Positions 23,801-35,184 of a DNA stretch of 64,000 nt are shown here, piece after piece (the stretch's first letter is position 1; every line of letters starts with the position of its first letter). The position numbers were made by a program, and so were the translations under genes. The notes beneath the pieces are model-generated. The model did no database searches and was not told the DNA's origin. It was given only the letters and a program-made list of their open reading frames with translations. Origin of the DNA: an uncultured Candidatus Peribacteria bacterium (GTDB taxonomy: Bacteria > Patescibacteriota > Gracilibacteria > BD1-5 > JAGOOR01). Location of the stretch: the NCBI GenBank assembly GCA_964521495.1, contig CAZFTF010000002.1:23936-87935 (forward strand). The letters are read 5' to 3'.

Positions 23801-26800
23801 ACCTGACAAATTACAGGCGCATGTACTGTTAGTGCAGTATTTTCTCTCAATGCTGCTGCTTCATGTACTGGTACTCGTCCGGCAAATTCTATTATAAAAA
23901 TGGATAACGGTGCCAGCACGGTATCTCATCCGTGGACACATAGCGTATCAACTGGCCCATATATTCTTTGTACATTCCAATGTAATGCAGGTACTACTTA
24001 TAATAGTTTCACTAATACTTGCGATGCTGTAGCTGTTACATATCCTGTCACATATAATGCTAATGGCGCAACTGGTGGTTCAGTTCTTATATCCCAAATA
24101 AAGACACACAATGTTAATCTTACACTTGCGGGCAACTTGGGTAATCTCGTAAAAACTGGATACACCTTTGCTGGCTGGAATACAGCTGCTGATGGCAATG
24201 GTATCAATTACAATGTTGGATGAATTTATACAGCAAATGCTGCAGTAATTCTCTATGCTAAATGGATAGCAAATTCGTATAACATTTTTTTTAGCGGTCA
24301 AAGTGCTGAAATAAATGCTAATCCTATTTCAAAAACAGTTGTTTTTCCTGCAACAACTGTTGGTACTCTTCCATCAAATCCTATCAGAACAGGATACACT
24401 TTTGGAGGATGGTATACAGGCGTCCTTGGAACCGGAACACAATTTACAGCAACCACAACCATATCAGCAAATCTCACAGTGTATGCTAAATGGACACCTG
24501 TAGCTGCCACATATGCTGTCACTTACAATTCCAATGGCGCAACGAGTGGCTCAGTTCCTGCTGCTCAGACAAAGACACACAATATTGCTCTCACACTTGC
24601 TAACAACACAGGTAATCTCGCAAAAACTGGATACATCTTTACTGGTTGGAATACAACTACTGATGGTACTGGTGCTAACTATACTGCCGGAGAAAATTAT
24701 ACAGCAAATGCTCAGGTAATTCTCTATGCAAAATGGACTGCAGCCCCTATCAACGGATCTTGCGGAACAGCTTCTACAGCATATCCATCAGATGCAACAT
24801 GATATGGTAGCTCCACTCTCTGTGCAACTGGTACATCAAATCCTGCAAACCCAGTATTTCCAGTAGTAGGCACACCTACAACATGGACATGTACTGGTGC
24901 AAATGGCGGAACAAATAGTGGCACATGTACTGCGACAAAAACAGCAGCAACAACCTATGAAGTTACTTACAACGCCAATGGTGCAACAGGAGGTACAATT
25001 CCTACTGCTCAAACAAAGACTCATGATATTACTCTCGTACTTGCAAGTAACTCAGGTAATCTCGTAAAAACTGGATACACCTTTGCTGGTTGGAATACAG
25101 CTACAGATGGTACTGGTACCAATTATGCTGCTGGAGCAAATTATATAGCAAATGCTCAGGTAATTCTCTATGCTAAATGGACTGTAGCAGCAGATATTAC
25201 CGCTCCAACAGTAACTCTCGATCTCCCAGCAACATATACCGCACTGACAGTACCTGTAACTATTACACCAAGTGAAGAAAATGTGAGTTACTTCTTCACA
25301 GAAGGACCTACCCCAGCAAATGGAATCTCCGTACAGCCACCTACTACACCACGTGCAGATGCATCAGGATGGGTTACGACAAAACCAACAACATACACAT
25401 TCCCAGAAGCTGGATCTCGTACACTCTTTGTGTGGGTAAAAGATACTGCAGGAAATGTATCAACAAGCCCTGCACAAGATGTAGTAGTTATTACTCTTCC
25501 AGAGCCTACTGCTCCAACAGTTGTTCAGGTAACTTCCACGAAACCAAATGGTGCTTACAAATCAGGCACTACTATCCCAATCACGATAAAATTTTCTCGA
25601 CCTGTCATAGTCACTGGTATACCAACATTGATACTTGAAACTGGTACAAATAATGTGACGATTCCTTTTAAACAAAAGGAAGCTGATGGTGAAACTCTTA
25701 CTTTTGAGTATATCGTATCTGACGGCAATATATCACCTGATCTTAACTACGTTGCTACTGATTCTCTCAAGTTGGATACAGCCGCTATCACTATCAAAGA
25801 TTCTGTATCAGGCGTAGCGGTGAATCGTACATTACCTGCTCTTACTTCTGCAGAGAGTCTTGCAGGAAGCAAAGATATCGTCATTGACACAACAAAGCCA
25901 GCTGCACCAGTTGCTATAATTGTGCCACAACAGGTAAATATTACTCTTTCATCTGCATGAACAGGATCATATATTGCAACCGGTAGTACGATGACTATAA
26001 ATGTTGCTTGTGCTGCAGGTGAAAAGGTGAAAATCTACAACCATCTTTCTCTTTTACCAATCCAGGGAGCTAATTGTAGTAATAATCTCGTGACTCTCTC
26101 AATCGATCTTTTTGCACAGGCATGACCATATAATTATTATGCTACTATCACTGATATGGCCGATAATGAATCAGATCGTTCTCCTCGTATTATGGTTCTC
26201 AAAGGACAAACAGAAAGCAGTGCTCCTAGTACACCAGATCTTGAGTCAATCTTTGATCTCGGTATATCAAGTACTGATAATCTCACGAGCGAAACACAAC
26301 CAAGATTTACTCTCACCTGTGTTTCTGGTTCCACGGTCAATCTGTATGACAGCACGACTCTCATAGGTACTGCCCCATGTATGGCAGATACCGCTCAGAT
26401 TCTCCCACTACAACCATTCTCATCTGGTGTTCATAGTCTCACAGCAAAACAGAGTATCAATGGTACCACTTCAGCAACTTCAGGTGCTCTCAGTCTCACA
26501 ATAGATACAGCGCCACTCACAGTGGTAATTGCTCGAGCTGCAGAACAATCTGAACCCGCTACTTCATCAACTATCAAGTTTACTGCTACATTTAATAGGG
26601 CGATTGATGCGAATTCATTTATCTGCAGTGATGTCACCGTTGTGAATGGTTCTTGTACAAATATCGCACTGCTTGGCAACAATGCATACATGGTGACTGT
26701 CACAGCTACTGCCCAAGGTATTGTCAAGGCTATCCTCTATCCAGGACGAGTACAGACCAATGCTGGTAATACCAATACAGAAGCAACAGGTGTAAATACA

Positions 26801-27631
26801 GTGACATATGGAACACCGGCAGCTACAGCAGAATGTAGCGCTCTCAGGAGTCATACTGTTCCAAGACCAAAGTCTTCATCTCTCGGTGGACTGACTCTCT
26901 GTAAAGCAGGAACACCATCAGCAGTATCATATAGTAGCTCTCGACTTCAATGGACATATCAATGTCGTAGTGCAGTCGATGGGACCACTGCTTCTTGTAC
27001 TGTTGCCGCGGTTCTCGATTCAGCACCAAGTTGTGATCTCAAACCAGTCAATGCTTTACCGTTTGATGAATGTAGTATTGAGAATACGAGCAATATGTTT
27101 AACTTCCATACATACCTCTCTTGTCTTGGTGTTGTCCCAGAAAAGAAATCATGTACCGATGCAGGTTGTACACAGAATGCGAAACGACAAGAACTTATCT
27201 CTATAGGTGTTCGTCTGAGAGGAATCCCTCTTGAATCTGGCTATGAATGTCAAAAGAGCCATACCGATACCGTCAAGGGTGTAGCATCGTGGGTGTGTGA
27301 AGCGGCTGAAAAAGCTCAAACAGCTGGTCTGATTTCAGCAACGAACAAACAATTCCGACCTCTTGATACCATGACTCGTTCTGAGGCATACTCAGTTCTT
27401 ATGAAGAGTATCTGTGTTCATCCAGAAACAACTTACAAGAACTGGCAGACAGAGGTAGCTAAAGCTGCAAAAGAATATGGATTTACTACTCGTAGTGTTG
27501 CTACATTTGAACCAAATAGACAAATCCTGCGTCAAGAACTCTTCGTTCTTGCTGCTCGTCTCGCTGAATATGCAGCTGATAATCCAGGTCTTTGTGAACC
27601 GCTCCCTGAAGAACTTATCTGTGAATCGTAG
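20876..27631 (+). CDS. Giant surface protein (2,251 aa): N-terminal anchor, NHL repeats, two Fn3 domains, six Listeria-Bacteroides (Flg_new) repeats, Ig-like modules, Cys-rich region, SLH-like C-terminus
   Basis: Track ORFs at 21539, 22604, 23348, 23900, 24479, 25283 and 26156 are all in one frame, and the gaps contain only TGA. NHL: YVADTWNNRVQKF, LYVSDYHCRVQRF, IYVADTNSHRIKIF. Fn3: APTSLTATPNVTEIGLTWTAA...YQFRVFARN and NLSWTAS...YDFRVKAEN. Repeats of the type YNANGATSGSVPAAQTK...KTGYTFxGWNTAxDGTGTNY...LYAKW. C-terminus: FRPLDTMTRSEAYSVLMKSI and FEPNRQILRQELFVLAARL (SLH-like). TAG at 27629-27631. Confidence 0.85.
23168..25180 (+). repeat. Intragenic array of six ~75-80-aa Listeria-Bacteroides-type repeat modules with long near-identical DNA stretches
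   Basis: Each module ends in LYAKW. DNA strings such as aaaactggatacacctttgctgg(c/t)tggaatacagct recur near 24157 and 25067, and ccaatggcgcaacgagtgg(t/c)tcagttcc recurs near 23415 and 24532. Confidence 0.7.
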
Positions 27632-27653
27632 TTATTGCAAGATGCTTTTAAAA

Positions 27654-27684
27654 ATACCACTCTCTCGGGAGTGGTATTTCTTTG
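27654..27684 (+). terminator. Rho-independent terminator after the giant gene
   Basis: Stem ataccactc/gagtggtat with a 6-nt loop, followed by ttctttg. Confidence 0.6.
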
Positions 27685-27721
27685 AAATACAAAAATATAT
27701 AAGTCAATTATTTTTATGCGC

Positions 27722-27769
27722 AATAGTGTTTAAACACTATTTACAACATACTATATGTGTATAGTATGT
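27722..27769. promoter_or_regulatory. Two adjacent palindromes (candidate operators) upstream of the 27795 gene
   Basis: A perfect 20-bp palindrome aatagtgtttaaacactatt (27722-27741) and a 10-bp inverted repeat acatactata-tgtg-tatagtatgt (27746-27769). They are followed by the direct repeat ttttacttatt x2 just before the ATG. Confidence 0.35.
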
Positions 27770-27794
27770 TTTTACTTATTTTTTACTTATTTTT

Positions 27795-28703
27795 ATGACT
27801 ACAAAAGGAAAACTCATCATCGTATGAGTAGCAGTGGTCGCTCTTGGAATGGTTTTTGTCAGTGGTTGATTGTGATCAAATTTGGCATCAAGCGCTCTTA
27901 AAACTGCGAGAGTGCGAATCATACCACCAACTACTAATATGCCAATGACTACAGAAATACTTACCACATCAATACCATATTCTTCAGAGGAAGTGACAAC
28001 TTCTGCGCCTGCGCTTCCTACACTATATCCGCAAATTATTTATTCCGGTAACACATCCAATCAGCCAGGAGAACAGCCCAAGAGTCAATGTGACAACACT
28101 ATAAATAATTATGTAGTTCAATTAAAACCAACGTTTCAAGATATTGAGAGTCAGCCATTTGAATCCTGTCAACTTTGGTCTGATGATGAAAGAAGCCAAA
28201 TGAGTTATGAAGTTGAACAGGAAGCAGTAAAGTCTGGGAATAAGGCAATTATTGACGAGATTCGGAATTGTTTGGACAAGCAAGAGATGCAATACAAGGT
28301 TAGAGACACTGCTATAGGACGCTGTAGTAATAATCTTAGAAAAAACGCTGTCAATCCATCTCATTTTGACGTTAAGTGTCCATCTTGTCCTTCTGGCTCA
28401 GAAGGATGTCAGCCATTTTCTATTATTATAGAGAAACCTTATCCAATTAATCCAAATGCGGAATCGTGAGCATTCTTGCAACAAAGGTCTATTAAAAAAG
28501 AGACAAGAAGTTTTATATCAGAAGATGGACATAGAATTTCTTTCAAAATAGTTACTATTACTTATGTTTTGGTTTGTTGAGCGAACGAACAAAAACAAGT
28601 TATATTTCAAGGGGGATGTAAAGCATGTACTGAGAATTGTACCTCTCTCATTTGTCCTTGAGATATACCTACAGAGAATAGTGCACAAGAATCTTCATGT
28701 TAA
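27795..28703 (+). CDS. Cys-rich secreted or membrane-anchored hypothetical protein (302 aa)
   Basis: Track ORF 27882..28469 is extended in frame. The N-terminal TM/signal is MTTKGKLIIV[G]VAVVALGMVFVSG, and the C-terminal extension runs through three TGA codons to TAA at 28701-28703. There are multiple Cys pairs (KCPSCPSGSEGC, GGCKACTENCTSLIC). No family recognised. Confidence 0.5.
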
Positions 28704-28726
28704 TAAGTTAGAAAATGTGAATACAA

Positions 28727-28760
28727 GGAGCCACCATCTGGTGGCTCTTTTCTTTTTCTT
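28727..28760 (+). terminator. Rho-independent terminator
   Basis: Stem ggagccacca/tggtggctct followed by ttctttttcttttc. Confidence 0.6.
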
Positions 28761-28800
28761 TTCAAAAAACACATTTTTTCTATAATAGAGAAAACCTTTT

Positions 28801-30537
28801 ATGCATATAACTCGTATTACTTCTGCCTTGCAGTCTTTTTTGATTTCCAATTATCCAGATTGTTCCGTTGATGTCTTTCAGATGACCGTGCCTCCAGATA
28901 AAAAAATGGGGGATATTTGTCTCAATATTTTTGGTGCTGTGAAGCAGTTGAAGACTTCACCACAAGTACTTGGAACTTCATTGGCAGACTATTTCAAACA
29001 ACAGGATTTTGTGCTCGATGTGCAGGTGCTTTGAGGTTTTGTAAATCTCTTTCTCGCAGATAGCGTCTATATTGAAGAAACCAACAAATGGAAATTGCCA
29101 ATATGGGAAAAATGAGATGAAACCGTGATTGTGGATTATATGGGGGCAAATATTGGGAAACCACTCCATATCGGGCATCTCTGTACGCCACTTTTTGGTC
29201 AAGCGACTATCAATATGCTTCGCCTGATGGGCTATACCGTGATTGCCGATATGCATCAAGGGGATTGGGGTGGAATATTTGGGAAGCTGATTACTGGTTG
29301 GAAATATTTCTGAGATGAAACTGCTTTTTCATCAGCACCACTGAAACATCTCTTGGATATCTATGTCAAAATTACAGAAAAAATTGAATGAGATGAGACG
29401 ATAGATCAGGAATGTCGTGATGCTTTCCGACTCCTCTCTGACGGTGACGAAACATCCGTGAAACTCTGGCAACGATTTACTGACGCGAGTCTCGCTTCGG
29501 TTCGAGAAGTGATGAGCGATTTTGGAGCAAAACCAGTCGTTTGGATAGGGGAGAGTTTTTATGAGTGACTTTCACTTCCAAAGCTTGGTCCGTGGCCAGA
29601 TCTACAGCCAGATAACACTATGTCTGCGGTGGTTCGTGAACTGATTCAGTCAGGCATTGCAACCAAAAATGAGGATGAAAGTGTTGGAGTAGTCTTTTCG
29701 AAAGAATCAAAACTTCCTTCCTGTATTCTCCAAAAACGAGACGGAACCCATGGTTATCTCGCGAGCGACCTTGCTGCTATCAAATACCGTCTCAGAAATT
29801 GGAATCCATCAAAGATTATGTATTTTGTTGATAATCGCCAGGCGCTTCATTTTAAACAACTCTTTGCAACCGCTGAGAAGGCCTGGATAGGTGATAATGC
29901 TGTAGAACTTACTCATGCCGCCAATGGCTTTGTAAGTTTGCCAGAATGAGCGATGTCGACGCGCCATGGTCGAGTGATATTTTTGAGCGATGTGGTAGAG
30001 GAGAGTTTTGATCGTGTAAAGGCGATACTTCTTGAACGAGGGAAAGAGCTCGCTGACTCAGATATCCGAGCCGTGGCACTTGGCGCAATAATTTACTCCT
30101 TTATGGCTCAAGATAGAGAGCGTGATTGGATTTTTGAATGGGATAAAGTTCTTGCCTTCGAGGGGAGTAGTGGTCCATATCTGCAGTACACCTTCGTACG
30201 ATTTGCGAAAATGTTGCAAGAATTTGGTTACGATAAAAATACTGAAATTCCTTCAAATTCTGTACCACTTACTTCCTATGATAAAGAGCTGGTGCTTGAT
30301 ATTCTCGGATTTGCAGATGTGCTTACACAGTGTGCTGAGACCTACAAATTTCACCTCCTGATAGCCCATATTACGACCACGGCTCGTCATCTCAATGCAC
30401 TCTATGTGAATACGCCAAAACTCAGGGATTCATCATCAGAGGAACGCGCTATGAGGATGCGAATTATCGCTCAAACACTGGAGATGATACGATATTCGTG
30501 TGAGATTGTTTCCATTCCATTACCGAAGGAGATGTAA
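28801..30537 (+). CDS. argS: Arginyl-tRNA synthetase
   Basis: Track ORFs 28801, 29125, 29620 and 29953 share one frame and are joined through TGA. Features: HIGH-type motif ANIGKPLHIGHL, KRDGTHGYLASDLAAIKYR, and a DALR anticodon-binding C-terminus. Confidence 0.92.
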
Positions 30538-30566
30538 AACATTTATATCTCCTTTGAGATTAGGAA

Positions 30567-31136
30567 CTACCATAGATTTACCTCAGGAAGACTATCATCA
30601 ATAATCATAATACTATAGTAATTAGTCGCTGAACAGCCAGGAGTAGAGTCTGTACATGCTGTTTGACAATTTCCTACTTCGTATATCTGATTGTCGTTAA
30701 TATATCAAGATTGGTCTCCGGGACCATCGGTATCATTGAGGGGCGTATTGGATGCGCTTTCAAAAAGCGTTCCTACTGCATAGCCATTCCCCCCATCACA
30801 GACTCGATAAAGATATCAACAGAGCCATGTTCATTGGCATAGAAATTTATGATCTGTTCCATCTGTTTGGTTTGAAAGAGGATCAAAAATTCATTTTCCA
30901 TTATTCATACTTACTATCAGATCATGAACAGCACCATACGACTGAGGTGGCGCACCAGTCGTACTGAGTGATCCTAGTATAATAGTATTAATAGCATTAA
31001 TATCTGCTATTCGTGTTGTATCCCTCGCCTTCTTGATATACCCAGTATACGCAGAGAGACCAGCAGTTGCGAGGATAGCAATAATAGCCATCACGACCAT
31101 AAGTTCGATAAGGGTAAATCCTGGTTGTTTTTTCAT
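30567..31136 (-). CDS. Type IV pilin (prepilin with class III signal peptide)
   Basis: N-terminus MKKQPG/FTLIELMVVMAIIAILATAGLSAY is the canonical prepilin cleavage/methylation motif. Track ORF 30891..31136 is extended through four TGA codons into a Cys-containing C-terminal domain. TAG at 30567-30569. Confidence 0.8.
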
Positions 31137-31281
31137 AGAGGTATTGTACTACCCACCCCCTAAAATCAAGTTTTGTGATTTGTTATTTTACATATTTTAT
31201 GTATGGAGCGTGATGTTTTGTAATGATTCACTACTTCGTGTGAGCTTGTCTCTATCCCATTATCACGGGAGATGTAAATAA

Positions 31282-31770
31282 TTAAACTATAGGATTTAGA
31301 TAGTCATTTTTATTCTCCCAAAGATGTTGCCATTCTGGGTGTTTTTCGAGAAGTCTTCGTCTCATTACAGGGTTTACCCTCTCTAGGCTGACCACAATTT
31401 GATGTGGAGAAGGGGGTGTATCTGCTGGCTCTAGAAGGTCCTCGAAGCTAGGTCTTTTTCCTGGTTCACTTGCCAATGCTTTTGTATGCTGTGTATGCCA
31501 TCGAGCTGCTGTGACAGTTTCTAACCCCACTTTTGTAAAACTCAGAGTGTCACAATTATACTGCACAAATTCTTCACCCTCTTGAATAAAGAAATTTTTT
31601 GGCTCAATTTGAGCTTTACTTAATGCTCACGCTATGGAATGATAATCTGTTCATGATTGTACTGTGATAAGTTGAAAGCCAGTTGCCTCATCGATTGTAC
31701 ACTCAAGTACGCCTGGTATCTCTTTGATTGCTTCTATTTCCTTTTCAACTGATAAAAATGGTGAGTTCAT
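31282..31770 (-). CDS. Hypothetical protein (162 aa) upstream of the pilin gene
   Basis: Track ORF 31282..31566 is extended upstream through two TGA codons to ATG at 31768-31770 (MNSPFLSVEKEIEAIKEIPGVLECTIDEATGF...). No family recognised. Confidence 0.45.
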
Positions 31771-32064
31771 AATAGAATTAATAAATAAACACCCACATTA
31801 TACCCCTCTTTCTTTTAAAGGTCAATTTCTTTTTGGTTTTTTAGAAAAAGTATATTTGAAGGTTGTGTTTTTTCATTTTTTATGTGTGATATTATCTATT
31901 GTTTTGTTATGATTTTTCTTGGTTGCATTCCGCCTCTTTTCTCCTACAATTACAGGGTGTTTGTTGTGGTACTGAAGCGGTTTTTGAAAAATAAATCGCA
32001 CCAGCAAAAGAACTACAATGAATAAAAATTGTACTCACCTATTCTACTTCCTAATATTTCTCTC

Positions 32065-33321
32065 ATGGCAGTCAGTGACCTCGTAGCATTTGTCGATGTC
32101 GGAAGTGCTCGTATTAAAACACTCGTAGGGTCGTTTATCGTCGACCAAGAAAATCCAACTCGTCCAAAGCTCAATGTACTCGGTGTCGGTGTTGTCCGGT
32201 CAGGAGGTATTCGAAAGGGTATTATCCTCGATATGGAAGAATTCAAGAAAAATCTCGATGAATCTCTCACTGAAGCTGAGAATATGGCTGGACAGCAATT
32301 TCCTCATGTGGGGATTTGTCTCTCTGGTACCGGTATTCAGATTCACAAAAGCTCTGCGATGATTACGATTCCTTCTGCTGAAATCACGCAAGAGGATGTG
32401 AATCGGGTTCTTGATATGGCTCAAAATGGTATTACTCTTACGAACCAAACAGTTCTCAAGATTATCCCAGAATCTTTCACAGTCGATCTCGAAAATCATG
32501 TAAAGACTCCAGTCGGGATGAGTGCAAAAAAACTCGAAGTCAGTGCTTATATTTTCACAATTCCTACAACAGCACTCAATAATGTTCGTAAAGGATTCAA
32601 GGATGTAGGTATTGATGTGGTTGATGTGTCTCCATCACTTCTTACCTCTCCAGAGTCTGTATTGACTCGTCGTCAAAAAGAACTCGGTGTTGTCTGTATT
32701 GATATTGGAGCTTCTTCAACAGGTGTTACTATCTTCGAAGAAGGTGCCCTCCGACATGCAGCTGTTATCCCAGTAGGAGGGGAGTATGTCAGTTCAGATA
32801 TTGCTCTCGGTGTTCGCGTCTCAGTTGACCTCGCAGAAAAACTCAAAACTGATTATGTTGATCTCACATTCTGTGATCAAAATAAACCAAAAGATGAGGA
32901 GATTCCACTCTCTCGTCTGGATAAGAAAGAAACAGAGACTGTTTCAAAACTGTATCTCTCACAAATCGCTCAAGCTCGCTACAAAGAAATCCTCGGACTT
33001 ATCAATCGAGAACTGAAACTCATTGGAAAGGATGGTATGCTTCCAGAAGGAGCTATCTTCGTTGGAGGATGATCAAAGGCTCGTAACTTGATAGATCTTG
33101 CAAAAGCCGAACTCCGCCTTCCTTGTGCGATAGGATTCCCAGAAGACCAAGACTATGTCACTGGTATGTCAGTTGCTGATCCTGGATTTAGTGCTTCTAT
33201 TGGGGCATTGATATTTTCTCAACGATCTGGCGGTATTGGAAAGCCTCGCATTTCCATTGGTGCTGGTATTGGAGGGGTTAAAGAGTCTGCCACTCGTTTC
33301 CTTAAGCGTCTTTTTCCATAA
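32065..33321 (+). CDS. ftsA: Cell division protein FtsA
   Basis: Track ORFs 32029..33072 and 33088..33321 are joined by TGA at 33070-33072, within the conserved FVGG[G]S motif. Actin-like ATPase motifs are present (FVDVGSARIK, VCIDIGASSTGVTIF). The ATG at 32065 is preferred over the TTG at 32029. Confidence 0.9.
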
Positions 33322-33366
33322 GGCTCATCTTTCTTACAACATTACTATTATCTTTTATTTCTTACT

Positions 33367-34575
33367 ATGGCTACCGCAAAAACTACTAAAAAAAGCTCAT
33401 GAGCTCTCAAAGGTCTTTTTCTCAAAGACGAACTCTCTCAACCACAGGAAGTGAATATGTCACAAATGATTTCTCCCGTCGCGAGCATAAAGGTCGTCGG
33501 GTGTGGAGGAGCAGGACAAAATACTATCAATCGTATGATTGAGAGTGGTCTTTCTGGTGTAGAATTTATCTCTATCAATACTGACAATCAGGCTATTTAT
33601 AACTCTCTTGCACCGACAAAACTCAGTATCGGTCCGGTCACAACTCGTGGTCTCGGAGCTGGTGGTGATCCAGAGCGAGGGAAAAAGGCAGCAGAAGAAT
33701 CTATCGAAGATATTCGAAAAGCTCTCGCTGGTGCAGACATGGTATTTGTGACCTGTGGTCTCGGTGGAGGTACGGGTTCTGGAGCAGCTCCAGTTGTAGC
33801 AGAAGTCGCTCGCGACATGGGCGTTCTCGTTGTGGGTGTTGTGACAAAGCCATTTGCTTTTGAAGGACAACGACGCAATAATCAAGCTCTTGAAGCGTAT
33901 GATATTCTCAAAGGAAAGGTAGATACACTCATCACAATCCCAAATGATAGAATTCTCACCATCATTGATAAAAAAACTCCACTCCTCGATGCATTCCGTA
34001 TTGTCGATGAAGTCCTCTCAAATGGTGTACAGGGCATCTCAGATTTGATTACACAACCAGGACTTATCAATGTCGACTTTGCCGATGTAAAATCCGTTAT
34101 GCAAAATGCAGGTTCTGCCCTCATGGGTATCGGGTATGGTCGTGGTGAATCTCGTGCGACTGATGCAGCTCGTGCAGCTATCGAGAGTCCACTCCTCGAA
34201 CTCTCTATTATGGGTGCTCGTGGTCTTGTCTTCAATATTACTGGTGGTCATGACCTCTCAATGTTTGAAGTAGATGAAGCAGCTCGTGTGATTACCTCAG
34301 CATGTGATCAGGACGCAAATATTATCTTCGGAGCAACTATTGACCCAGATTTTGAGGAAGGGGAAATCAAAATTACTGTTATTGCAACTGGTTTTGATGA
34401 ATCTCAAGTGACTATTCGACATGATAGCGGTTCACTTCCTCGCCCATCAGCAGGAGGATCATCATTTGGTCGTCGAGTACTCGGAGTACAACAACCATCT
34501 AACCCAGCACCTGTTGATACTACTGGCGCACAAGAAGATCTTGATATCCCAGCATTTCTCAGAAATCGTAAATAA
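33367..34575 (+). CDS. ftsZ: Cell division protein FtsZ
   Basis: Features: [17 protein letters not shown] tubulin signature, NTDNQA, and the C-terminal peptide [12 protein letters not shown]. The start may be ATG 33367 (with one in-frame TGA) or ATG 33457. Confidence 0.92.
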
Positions 34576-34578
34576 ACT

Positions 34579-35184
34579 ATGTTTATAGCATTTGAATGAG
34601 TCGACTGAGCGGGAAAAGATACTCAGCTCAAGCTCTTCCTGAATCATCTTATCGACGAAGATAAACATCGAGTTATCCTCAAATCTCGTGAGCCATCTCG
34701 TATGACTTCAGCCGGTAAGAGACTCAACGAAATAGCACAACAACATATTAAAGTCTCACCATTTGAGACTGCTGAACTGTTTGCTTCTGATCGACGAGAT
34801 CTTGAATCATTTCGGAAGTGACTTTTGGACTATGGTGTATGAATCATCTCTTCACGGTGTGATCTCACGACATATGCCTATCAAGGATATGCAAGCGATA
34901 TCAGTTTTGATGAGATTTATAAATTACATAAAGGTATCCTCCGCCCAGAGATTACTATTTTTATAGATATTTCTGTAGATACCATGCTCACTCGTCTTGG
35001 TTCTCGTTCTGGAGAAAAAGAGCTCTATGAACAAGAAGATTTTCTCAGAAAATGCCACGCGGGATATCATAAAGCTATTGAATATCTCCGATGAAAAGGG
35101 GAGAATATTATTGTAGTCGATGGAGAAGGGAGTATTGAAGAAGTATCAAAGAGAGTGAGAGGAATATCTGAATTACATCGCTAA
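34579..35184 (+). CDS. tmk: Thymidylate kinase
   Basis: P-loop MFIAFE[G]VD[G]AGKDTQ, with both glycines encoded by TGA (34597-34599 and 34606-34608). There are five TGA codons in total. TAA at 35182-35184. Confidence 0.88.

Noticed and set aside
23168-25180. Regularly spaced near-identical DNA repeats could be a CRISPR array or a DGR template/variable repeat pair.
   Set aside because: The repeats are about 230 nt long, in frame, and encode Listeria-Bacteroides repeat protein modules inside one ORF. There are no short spacers, and no reverse transcriptase or cas gene is in the window.
31771-32064. A 290-nt intergenic region upstream of ftsA might hide an ncRNA or a small ftsQ-like gene. A 37-aa ORF starts near 31909.
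   Set aside because: There is no recognisable RNA family motif or conserved structure by eye. The small ORF has no support beyond being open.
33460-34251. Long antisense ORFs inside ftsZ (33460..33885, 33597..33878, 33882..34235).
   Set aside because: They lie opposite a very strongly supported ftsZ frame and have low-complexity, Arg/Ser/Pro-rich translations typical of antisense frames.
35181-35184. Convergent gene pairs whose stops overlap in the tetranucleotide CTAA (tmk/nth at 35181-35184 and tkt/FNR-like at 40109-40112).
   Set aside because: This is real, but it is explained by genome compaction, because TAA on one strand and TAG on the other share TA. There is no evidence of a functional element.
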